Shown: in pieces, positions 50,259 to 61,749 of the stretch
Position numbering within the stretch: the stretch's first letter is position 1
How the letters are laid out: each line of letters begins with the position of its first letter
Source: Trichosphaerium sp. ATCC 40318
Lineage: Eukaryota > Protista > Tubulinea
Assembly (NCBI GenBank): GCA_038496445.1
Contig: JALMLS010000005.1
Location: 124,001 to 188,000 of the forward strand
Direction: 5' to 3'
Length of the DNA: 64,000 nucleotides
Translations under genes and position numbers: made by a program
Notes under the pieces: model-generated
What the model was told of the DNA's origin: nothing
Database searches by the model: none
The model's input: the letters and a program-made list of their open reading frames with translations, nothing else

Positions 50259-50825
50259 TGTATGAGGCTTTTTGAAGAAAGGTCTTGCTTGCTAGAAAGT
50301 TTTTTTCCTTTTTTGTCCGAATTTTTGAAAACCGGAACAAATTGGGCGTGTGGCTTTTTTCCAGGGCTGTAAGAACCCTGGTAGAAACTATAAGATACAA
50401 CAATCAAAAGCACAACTGAACAAATACGCATTATGTTTTATTTCTCGCTTTCAAGAGAATACAACTGAGCGCTTGCGGTAGTACAAACAAAGAAAAATCT
50501 GCCACAAAACAGAAAAAACTGACTACAATAAAGCGCAAACATATTATTTTTGGGTTTATCGTCGTACCTAGCTACCAAATAGGAGTACCACCAATTATTA
50601 CTTCATATCATAGTGAGTTCTATGTGCTTTCGCTGGTTAACCAACGAAGCGCTATAAATCGGTTTTTTGGCGGTGTTTAAAAAAGGTTGTATGAGAGCTC
50701 AAATAATACGGCTAAAAAGCAATCAAATTATATCGCTGCGCGTAGGGCAAACGATTTTCATGCATTGGGGCTTTTTGTTTTCGTAAAAACTATCAGAAAC
50801 GTTTTTTTTCTGATTACGTTTTATG

Positions 50826-53800
50826 TTAAAATACACCTCTAATCACAGCGCTTGTCACTAACGTATTGACATCAGGTCGATTCTGAGGTTTGTTTACAAG
50901 TATAGTTTTAATAAATTGCGATCTTGACATGGTACCACCAGATGCCTTAGACAATAATTCCGTAACTCTTACGTCTAGTATAGCTAGAAACATCATCAGC
51001 AATTGTCCTGGCGTTAAATACCAGAAGCAACTTTTTTTTTTGTACCTTGATATGCTTCTTTGTTGATTGGCATTGTTTTTGCAACCATATACTCATCCTG
51101 CGTTGCGCCTAATATACTCAATAAGTATCATAATATTTATTATGTCACGTGTACTTAGACCCATGAATTTGTTTGTTAGGAGCTCGACCAGTATTATACC
51201 AAACATCCAAATGTCGCCTGTGAAACAAAAAAAGTCACAACGAGAATTGTTTTCTATGCGTACATTTTGATGTAAAAGCCTGTTCGAGAACGACCTCTGG
51301 TGGATAGTATGGTCTGTAAATAAATACGGTTACATAAGCGAATAAGTTCGGTCAAACGTACAGAAGCCAGAGGTATTGATCAACGAGATTCTTGTGCCAT
51401 CCTGAAGGTCCAAATCCCGATAGTTTTATTTGCATTGATGGAAAAACCTTAAGACACTTATCCTGTATTATTCTTTAATATAACGTACTAATATATTATG
51501 ACTTGTTAAAGCACCATGACAAACGTTTTCCCTGTGTAAGAAAGCAAGTCCTGGTTCGTAAAGTCAGAATTAAGTAAGAAAAAGAAAAAAACAAGAAGAC
51601 TAGAACAAATCTTCCAACGTAACGCACCTCTCAATATACCTTTTGCTATTTTAATTTTATCATTCTTTTGTATATTCTTCTCAAAACTAGCTCGCAAAGT
51701 TTTTGCAAAAGCAACACTCTCAAGAACCATGAATTGTTCAGACAAAGAGCACCCATAAAACTACTCAAACGTAAACCTTTTTTTTTGTTTTAAATCATAC
51801 CTCTAGTATTGACGGATGTGGTCTCAGTTGAGTAAACGCTGCAGCTTCTGTGATGAATGGCTTTTTCTTCTTGTAAATCTAAACTCGTTTGTGATCACAA
51901 CCCGACAATACCTTTGATTTTTTTTAAGCGTACTTTTACTGTTACTTTAGCCCCTCTCCATATTGCAAAGTGTGTTCTCCCACACCAAAAAGCTTGTAGT
52001 TTTCCAACTGGCTCTATTTCTTCTTTCTTTATTTGCCACATATTTAAGCCTTGAATAGTGTAAGTCTATAAAGGCACAACAACATAAACTCTCTAACTTA
52101 CGATAAACTGGGCTTTTTAGTTTAGCCAATTCCTTTGCTTTCTTTGTGTTCTGTCTTTCTTGTGCTTGACACTTTTGTTGTAAATTAGAATACTCCTCTT
52201 GTAGCTTAGTCATCGGCATATCAGGATTTACTACAACATCACGATCAGCGCTTCCCTACAAACAAAGAATTAGCTTTCTTTAAAAAAATCGAGCTTTGGT
52301 TTACTATTAGTTCAGCAACTGGAGCTATCTTGCTTGGTATTGAGTCTCTTTTATCCTCAAGCGGTTCATTGACAGTATAATCACTTTCCCATTGTAGCCT
52401 AAAACCAACAGAACAACATTAACAGCGACACGTGGAAAAAAACACCTGAAGATGAAAGCTATTTAAGAGCATACGAGTTTGCGCTTTGTATTGCTGTATA
52501 AAGCTCTCTAGTCCATTCTGTTGTTAATTGTGCTGTATCGGTCAGGAAATAGAATATTTGGTTATCACAAATCAGTATGAACTCAAGTTGGCCTAAAAAA
52601 GAAATGAGGAAAAAATCTGTAAAATCGAAAAATAAGTGCGTGTTTTGTACCTAGTTCTGGATCTATCAACATGCACTTTTCAAGGTCTAATGTAAAGCAT
52701 TGCTTGTCTCTATGTCTTGAACCTTCCAAGTCAATGTATAGATTACTTCTCGTAACTGATATAGATGCCTTATGAACTTGTCTTGAAGCAGTCTTTTTAG
52801 AGCTTCTTGAAGCTCTCTTTGCTTTTCCAATATTTGATTTTCCAATACTTACAAGAAGTTTACCCTTTTTCAAGACAAGAGCTTGTAGGTCGCGCTTTGG
52901 CCTTTGCATAGTACCCTTAATCAGAATCAACATAACAAACCATACGGAAACTGAGATTTCAAAAAAAGTACCAAGCTCATCCCTCTGTAAGCGCTTCCAT
53001 CGGCTACAGAACTTTGTAAGTATATCAAAGGCGCTATGGGAAACATAAAAACTTTCAGCTGACCTTTGTTTGGGTATGCTACTTTTACAATCTTCTCAAG
53101 TTGTGCTTCCATCTTGTCTTTGGCTTTTTTAATAAACTCCATATCTCTAAACACATGGCCGTCAGCGAGGCCACTATTTTTACCTGTAATAAAAGAACGC
53201 ACGGGTCGTCATCTAGTGTGTTTGTAATAAGATCCTAAGGCAAACAAAAGGTTATTGGATAAACAACGAGTTTTAGGGAAGTACGTCAAGTAATCGAGGA
53301 TATTCCTTAACACGTTGCAAAGGCATTTCAATAACAGTTAATAAATTCATACGACACTCTTTCCCCTTTATTTTCTACGCGAATCCTTCAATATTACGTT
53401 GCAAAAAAAAATCACGTGACAATAGACGTACCGCTTCAACTTTTGCAAATTTTCTAAGGGATCTCCCTTGATATAACTTCTCACGTGTTCCAGGGAGGTG
53501 TTGACAATAATAGTAATATAATCTACAACAATTATCCACAAAAAGATTTACAACAGATCCAATATGCCCATAACCGTTTTTCTGATCTTGTACAAGTCCA
53601 CCAACGAACTTTAGATGTACTTGAATTATTTGAGGCAAATTAAGCATCAACTAGTCCCCATGATCATCAGCGCTAAGCCAAATAGTTTTTACACGTGCCT
53701 CGTGTACTGTATCCCTTCCAAGAGCTTTTTCAAGTTGAGACACGTATAACTACTGCTAATTAGTTTTATATGAGGTGGAGTGTTGATATGACCTGAGATG

Positions 53801-53927
53801 ATCGACTCAAGTTATTAATGTAAACTGTTTCTTCATCAACTATTTTCTTTAACACTTCCCGTTTCCAGACCTTGAAAGAATCTGTAATGATTTGAGAAGC
53901 TTCTTCCAAAGCCTCAGGGGTTGCCAT
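50826..53927 (-). CDS. RhoGEF (DH-PH) fused to a TKL-type pseudokinase
   Basis: DH KIVDEETVYINNL..EMPLQRVKEY; PH; kinase fold IWRGAKVTVK, FITEA..LRPHPSILEFYG, GLAFLHRENVCHGAL, IKLSGFG, YYPPEV, CDIWMFGIIL, PQNRP. Confidence 0.8.
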
Positions 53928-54169
53928 TAATACAAAGGTTGGATTCAGAAAAACGTACTAAGTAAAAGGAAAGATGACTTAAGTGCAAGAATGTACGGTG
54001 GATGCCATTGTGATCACTAATTAACGAGCGTATGAACATAAACTATCTATTATGTACACTTTGTGTTTCGTACATAGCGTTACAAACAACGAATGTTATT
54101 TCATTCAACGTTGGTTTAACTTTTCCTAGAACCTTTAAAACGATGTTGAATAGGTATCGCATGAAGCCT

Positions 54170-55078
54170 AACCTACTTGTCGTCTACCACCAACCTATTT
54201 GCAACGATAATAGCAGTCAACTGTCCGTTGATACTTCAACGCCTGTACTCCCCTTCCCGTCTGTTATTTACGTACCTACACATCGCTTGCAATTGTCCGT
54301 TGCTATACAAAGCCTTGTACTCCCTTCTTTTTTTCCATTGATATAATTGGTAACTTTACACAATGTTCTATCATAATTCCAACGCTTGTGCTCTCCTTCC
54401 CGTTTACCATTAACGTAAGTACAGTGTTCGCACAATTTTCCATTTGCATTCCAACTCTTCCACTCTCCTTCTCGGTAGCCTTTGACGTAATAGGACTCTA
54501 CCATACCTCCATTGACAGCCCACTCTTTGTGCGAGCCATCTAGTTTATCATTGTTATAATGATATAAGTGATACAACTGGCCATTCCTAGTCCAACGCTT
54601 AAATTCCCCCTCTAGTGTACCATTGACATAATATGACTGCTCCCACAGCTGACCATTATCATGCCACTTCTTGTACTCCCCTTCTAGTACTCCATTGGCG
54701 TAATTACGCAGCCACCATAACTGACCAGATTGATTCCATACTCTGAGCTCTCCGTCTTGATTGCCATCCACGTAAGTATATTGCTGCGACAAACTGCCAT
54801 TTTTGTGCCAACTTTTGTATTCTCCGTGTTGTGTACCATGTCTCCAATAAGCTTGACACTTCATAAGATTTTCACTCCTTTTGCCATTTTCCGTGCTTTT
54901 TCATCTCATCATCGAACCTCGTGGTAATTGCCGTCTGTTTCGAAAGGAGTGGCCAACGCAAATAGACTGACGCATCTAAATCGATAATATCAAGCTGAAT
55001 CTCAACTGGAAGGTGTAATAGATGACAATCATCTGGTTTTAAGCTAATTCTCTCTTCAATGCTTGTTACGCTCTCCAT
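54170..55078 (-). pseudogene. Intronless F-box + MORN-variant repeat gene with two frameshifts and a nonsense codon
   Basis: LLHLPVEIQLDII; 24-aa repeats GEYKxWxxNGQL..YxNG; frameshifts at ~54890 and ~54320; TGA in place of the repeat Trp at ~54237. Confidence 0.8.
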
Positions 55079-55453
55079 TTTAGATTTTACAAGGGCCTGT
55101 TGTACGCGAAGAGTAAATTAGATACAGATTTTGAAGGTAAGGAAGATAGTTAAGTTTGGTTATTTTGTGAAAACCAACTGTCAAAGCGAGTAAATTCTTC
55201 ACGTGATTATAGCCCTCGTTCATTCAATTACTATATTGTCACATGTCCAATAATTGTACATATGGCTTAAAAGGGTATTACTGAGAAGCAGTTTGAGCTC
55301 ATAAAATGCACTAAATGATAGCAATCCAGTGGTAAGAATTACATCTTAGTTGGCTTTTATTCGACACGTTGATTCTTGTAGAAAAATCAAGTTTGTGAAA
55401 GCTTTGTGATTAATATTTTCGCGTAATTGGGCTACAAAAGCAATGTGTAAGTT

Positions 55454-56582
55454 TCACTTCTTCCCAAACTTTTGTACAATATTTCTTTTGAATTGTGCTT
55501 TCGCTTCAACAAATTCATCAACAACTTGTGATGATGGTTTCCCAGCTTGATAAGTGTAATGTTAGATTATGATAGCACGTATTCATATGGCTAACCCAAA
55601 AAATACGCTCACCTGCAGCCTTTCCAACTTGAATAATAGTATCACATTCATTTTTATCCATGAAAATAGAAGCATCTAGTAGTTTTTCTTCATCCTCTTT
55701 TGGAATAGCCATAAACCCATGTTTATCAGCATGAACTAATTGACCCGGTTTTATAGTTGCTCCAAATACATCTAATGGGACATTCCATTCAACAGGGTAT
55801 GCGTGAGCATGTCCAACTGTCAATCTTCTTCCAAGAGTCTAACAAATTACAATAAGAGTTTTCATGCTTTTTGTCACCAACGCACTTTGAACCCTGAATT
55901 TCTGATATCGTCAACATCTCTTATAGCTCCATCTATAATAGCACCAACACTTTGCAACGAAAATCAGCCAAATAAGGAAAAGTAGTTAAATGTACATACC
56001 ATCCGTATGCTTTGTGTATATTAGCGGATACCTCTCCCCACCCACTTCCGTAGCATTTAGGATAGTCTAGATCCTTCACAATCACTATTTTAGGTCCTTT
56101 TATACTAGAGATGTACTCGTGGTAATCTCTGACTGCGCTAGTGTTCTTCTACGCGAATGGTTAAGTATACATACTAGGCACCCACTACGAACCTTGTGAG
56201 AAAACTTTGAAGGCTCCAATACCATAGTAACAGCGTATCCTACCATTGGGCCTGATTCAGGCATAAAATCTACAGTCTCTTCCAAATTGAAGGCATCTTC
56301 GCGTGGTAAGTGTCAAACGCTAGTGCCGTTTTAATTGGCCGTACCACGCGCAATATCGTGCTTCGTGATTTGTTCCCAACCGTTGTAGATTGTACTAGCG
56401 ACACTAAGCGTTTAGTAGTACCTACCAACTCACCATGTGTTCCAACGTCTGAGTTGAAGCAATTCGGAATCAGACAGACGCTTTTCTTGCGCGTTTTCAG
56501 TGCTTTTAAAGCGACGATCAATAGTTGCAAGTTTTAGTGTTCGATTAGTGGTACCAACCCTAGACGTAACGCGTGCAAGCAT
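55454..56582 (-). CDS. RraA-like / HMG-CHA aldolase family protein with mitochondrial-type presequence
   Basis: MLARVTSRVG..RRFKS; RRWNTCTIYNGWEQIT, GPMVGYAVT, WGEVSA, DGAIRDVD, IKPGQLVHADKHG. Confidence 0.88.
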
Positions 56583-56858
56583 AATGTTAACTAACATCCA
56601 GCAGTTAAGTTGAAAAGCTACGAATCAACCATCTTTATCTTGCCATCAAGGTTATCAACGCACGTGAACCGGGGAGGCGCTTTCACAGCACCATTCTTGC
56701 TCTCAGAGTCTGGTTTTCTGTAAACTGAAGAAAATCAGTCTAGTAACTAATACGCGTGATCTATGTGCCCTTTTTGGGTAAAATAGAACACCCAAGGGTT
56801 AAAGTTTCTTTGTACATTTTTTTACAGTTGATTTTTTTTGATAGTTTTGGTTTTTTTT

Positions 56859-59711
56859 TCATTTGAGGTTCTGTGAATTCGTTAATCGCCTCTGTGCTGC
56901 TTCATAAGCCTTTCTCCTCTTTGTAATAGCATCATCTTCTATAAAATCAGCCTTTGGTTGTTCTTGTTCCTCTTCTTTTGAGTCTACAGGTTCAGCTGCC
57001 GTAGAAGTATTTGTTTTAATTTCTTGTTCAAGAATAGAAGCTTCTACCTTTTCTTTCTTCTTCTGTAAAAATGCTTTCCGTCTATCGTGAAGAAGTTGTA
57101 ATTTCCTCCGTCTAAGGCTATCCTGACGTTCATCTGATGTTTGTGCAAATGTATCTGATAGCGCTGGTGGTGGGAGGCTTGGTGATGGTGGAGGGCTTGG
57201 TGTAGATGCTATACTTGGTGCTTGTTGAGGTTGGTGTTGTGTTTCTTGTACAATGTTTTGTGTAGATGGTTGTGCGGCCTGTGGCTGTGTATCGGGAGCA
57301 TCAGCTTGTTGATCTGGTGGTGGAACATCAGGCCATGTTCCAAGAAGTCCATTGATAGCGTTATTGAGAGTAACCTAGAAGTAGTCAAAAAAGAAGAAAC
57401 TTACAAACCTAGCTCTTTTTTGTTGAGGTGTACCTCTACATTCAAAGTACGCATCAAATCTCGTGCTATAACATCCTCAGGTATGTTAGGAAATACTTCT
57501 CGGATGCGTAAAACATGCTGACGTGGCACATGCCGGTGCCGTAAAGGAAAATTCATTGGGGCTTGTCGCTGGCCAGGTTGTTGACCACCTATAAATTGTT
57601 TTGTTAGCTTATTATGTACTTAGACCTCTTTTGTTTAGTTGAGTTCTCGTCACCGTTGGGGGTAACAGTCGCTGTGTAGCTAGCTACCATTCGTACCTCC
57701 CATAAAGGGCATTTGTTGACGCTGTCGCTGTTGTACGACTTCAACTGTAAAAGTAGGAAGCCAACCGAACCATCCGCCGCCACGTGTTCCCCACAACGTC
57801 CTATGACCTGGGTGAGGATCCGCAGCTGTTGATGGGTCGTACTGATTTCCGTTATTAGTATTATTATTTGGTTGCTAAAGGCAAGTTAGACCAGGTGATA
57901 CATAAAAGAAAAGAAAAAAATAAGAGACAAAAGAATAATTGGCTCGTACCTGTTGGTTATTGTCTGCTTGACCACTCTGATCGTTATCATTCTCCAATAT
58001 AGATCTTCTACAAATAGGACACGAGTGGTGATACTCTAACCATGACCGAAGGCAGTGGCTATGTTGAAGGTATTAGCACAAAAGTGTTGAACTTCGACTT
58101 ACCTGTGGAAGATATGACCACAAGGCAACTTGCGTGCACTTGTCATTGTTTCGCGGCAAATAGCACAGGTATCGTTATATTCGCTAATTTCTTCTTCAGT
58201 AGCTTCAACAAACCTAAAATGTAACGTAAGAGAATGCTCAGTGACGAAAAGAAAACAAACAATCAAATTATTAAAAAATATACCTGTTCTCCATGTTGTT
58301 TACTATTCGTCTGTAGTTATTATACGCTCTTATCTTCTCGCGCAAGTTATTAAATACAAGACGCATGTGTAAGAATATTATAGCATCCACCAAACTCAAG
58401 GAAATACCGTGCAGTATAAGAATTTGAGCGTAATGAGCCAAAGTCGCTAGCAATATCATTGTGTCCGTGAAAAATTCTGTATAATACATGTATACGCCAC
58501 GTTTTTCCCACGTGCCACCTTGTACCATATCCATCAAGTGAATACCATATTTTATAAGAGTTTGTATAGTATCCAAGAACAATGTAACACACTCGAAAGT
58601 CAACAAAAGAAGCAAAGAAGCGCCTACAAAAAAAAAACTTAGTATCGAAAAAATTCCCACAAGTTTTTCTCAAGTGAACACAACACAAAAGGCAATTAAA
58701 ATTCAAAATAAAATTTATGTAAATAATACTAATGATAATGCAATATTTCACCGTAATCAAATCAAATTTTATCGGACTAATGGCAAAATAAAAAAACTTT
58801 TTTACAAAAAACAGACATATTTTTTGGAATTGCGTCATGTATTTTTTTTTTGTACCGTTTTTTCTAAACACAGAGAGACAAACATAGAACCAAGCCAAGT
58901 CAGCAAACATGATAGAAAATAATAAAGTAATCATTCTAGCATAAACACTCCATTGTAAGTTAGGTGTATACGTCGTTAACTAAGCGTAAATTAATCTGCA
59001 GTTCGGTATTCGTTTTTTTTCTTTTTTGATCTTTTTCGTTTTTACTGTTTCTCAAATACCCGATAAATAGTTGTACGCATACAACACACGCGTACACCCA
59101 AGACTAAATTGTTTTTTCACTCGGAGCCTATCTCCCAAAAAAATACGTACGTTGCGGAATCTATCTTTCGATAATCCCGAGAATATGTTTAGAAACCCTA
59201 GAACGGCAAACCAAACAACCCAACTAAATTGTCGTTTAGAAATATTTTCATAATTGATTAAAAGGTTGTTTTATCGTTTTTCTTACGCACCCTACGATGT
59301 GTGATGGCTCTGGTTCGAGAATTGCAGTGATAAATACAATTTTTACCAAAACATAGTTAATGACACGATCCCACGCACGCTATACGTGTAAATAGGCATT
59401 AGGTATTTCGTTATGTACCTGTGACTCAGCATCGGTGAGCTCGCCAAAAAATAGGTATTGGAGGAGCTTACCACACAATATGAGAGCGTTTATACCCATG
59501 TTGAATATTATCTGATTAATGTTAGATACGTGGGCATTACAGCACCAACAAGATGGTTGGCCTATGTAACACGTACAAGTAAATACGTTTTAGAGTGTAA
59601 AAGCTCAGCGGTAGCCCATGCCAACTCACCATCAGCTTTTCGCCATACATTCCACAACGAAAGCCCGAAAAACGACACCGAAAACGCAGTGTAGTACAGA
59701 AGCGCACTCAT
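56859..59711 (-). CDS. AMFR: ERAD E3 ligase gp78/AMFR-like (TM + RING-H2 + CUE + G2BR + VIM)
   Basis: FFGELT, WEKRGVYMYYTEF, CAICRE..LPCGHIFH.HCLRSWLE..CPICR, CUE IREVFPNIP, DERQDSLRRRKLQLL, terminal RRKAYEAAQRRL. Confidence 0.9.
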
Positions 59712-59910
59712 GCGTGTCGTTCGCTTTTTTTATGGTCAATGACTGTCCGTACAATTCGCAAAAAAGTGCCAAGAAAAAAAAACGTGGCAACGAGAAATTA
59801 AGCCTTTGTCAATTTGTTGCCAAAACCAACATATTCAATATGTAGCATTATTCAAACTGCCACGCATGCAGAAAATACACTAAAATTTGATTTCTTTCAG
59901 AGATATCTTT

Positions 59911-61585
59911 TTATTTAAAGAACAGAGCCCTTCTGGGTTCTGGCTCAAGTATGTGCTCTGTTAGTGGTGAGGAAGCGAGAGCAGGAACAAAAACGCGAAT
60001 TGGGAATTTCCATTTCAAAATATCACACTTTCTTGTATTGTCGCACCAATCCTAACTCAAATTATTAGTCTACATTACTTGTAATATATCTCTTCATACC
60101 GCCGAAAACCTCTCAATATTATTATCCCAAACTGCTGGCGTGATAAACTCAAACCTAACAACCCACTTCACTGAGACTAGAAATACGTTATTATTGTAAA
60201 TACTAATGTGGAAGATTAATCATTTACCTATCTCATTATGACATGTTTGTGGTGCTTCAGTGGGGATATACAAATTAAAATGTGTGTTGATTGTATTTAT
60301 AGTAGAATCATGGAATTCTGAGAAAACAGTTCTTGTTACGCTTCCTGAACGAGAAGGGTTTAAGAAATCAGTTACTATCTCCTCCTCAGTTTCAAGGAAT
60401 ACATTAACCTAGTACATTGTATTAGAATTCATTGACACTAGCAGTTTTTCTCTCATATTAAACTACGTACTTGAAAGCAAGGAACTTCAGACTTTGAAAA
60501 ATCAAAGATACCGTACACGCTCTCTCCATGGCAATAAGCAGTTTTTTTAACAGAAAATTTAACAAGATTTCTTTCTCCCTTGTTAATATTAATAGGAACT
60601 AAATGGTTGTCAATAACGAAGCAACATAAGAAAAAGTAGTACCAGAATGCCCTTGCTTGGCTAGGATAGTGCGTATTGTGTTACGTAGTTGTAAATCTTC
60701 GATTAAAATTGGTTGTGTCGTTTCTGGGCAATACTTGTGGACAACATCTAAAAGAAATGTTAAATGTATTTTTGACACATTGCAAAATGTTAAACAATTG
60801 AAGAGAAAAAATACCCAATGTCAAAGCTGTATCTGTAGCTACTTCAAGGGCTACCTTTAATTCATTTTGAAGTGGCATTACTGGATGATTACATATAGAT
60901 AAGCCTATAATACATTAAACGGAGAATACATAAAATTTCAGTAACATCACGTGATTGTACAAGAAAAACGTGACAAAAAAAAACGTACCTGCTGCAGGGT
61001 TTACTACGTTCAAACGAATCTTTAGTGTCTTGGGAGCATCTTTTGGTGTTTTTTGAACAACAAGCATTGCCGCATAAAAGAATTTTATCGTCTTTCCTAT
61101 GTAGGAAGGTGGGAGGTTTTCTGGTAATTTACAAGTGTATACATCTAACACATGTTACTTTGGTTCAGTAGTTAGAAAAAAACAGGACAGGATGGTGCCT
61201 GATAATCTTTGTATCTACAAACGCTCGCCGTACATGTTTTTGAGGAGCCTGGGGCTATTTTAATGTCGTTGAATAGTGTTTGTTGAGGTGTAAAAAACAA
61301 AAATCGGCCATTGGGTCCTAAGACGAATATTAGAGCCATTAATACGCGATCTTTACCTAATTTAGGTAGATATTCTCTGCCTTTGTATTTAGAGAGGCTA
61401 GGTGGCGCTCCAAGTTGCACCCACGAGCTATCAACAACATAGTGGCCGTATAACTGTACGTGAGCGAAAGAAGCGCATTCTTCGCTTTTATTTGTGGCAG
61501 GTGCTGAAAATGTAACAAATATATTGACTGTGTGGCCTGGGAATACAGCACGTTGTGGTAGTAGGCATTGTACGTGCAAAACCAT
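59911..61585 (-). CDS. RGP1: RGP1 (Rab6-GEF subunit)-like protein
   Basis: AVFPGHTV, FAHVQLYGH, LPPSYIGKTIKFFY, VYGIFDF, FLETEE, VSVKWVVRFEF, WKFPIRV. Confidence 0.85.
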
Positions 61586-61749
61586 TTTACACTGCTATTT
61601 GATGCCTTTATGCGTGTACAAGCGCTATTGATGTGCCACGTTGAGCATTACTTTGACTTTACTCTCATTAAGTCTTGCTTTGTTGAATTACAGTGTTCTT
61701 GTATTTGGCGCACTTCTTGCGTGTCAATGGATATAGTTTCCTTAGTACA

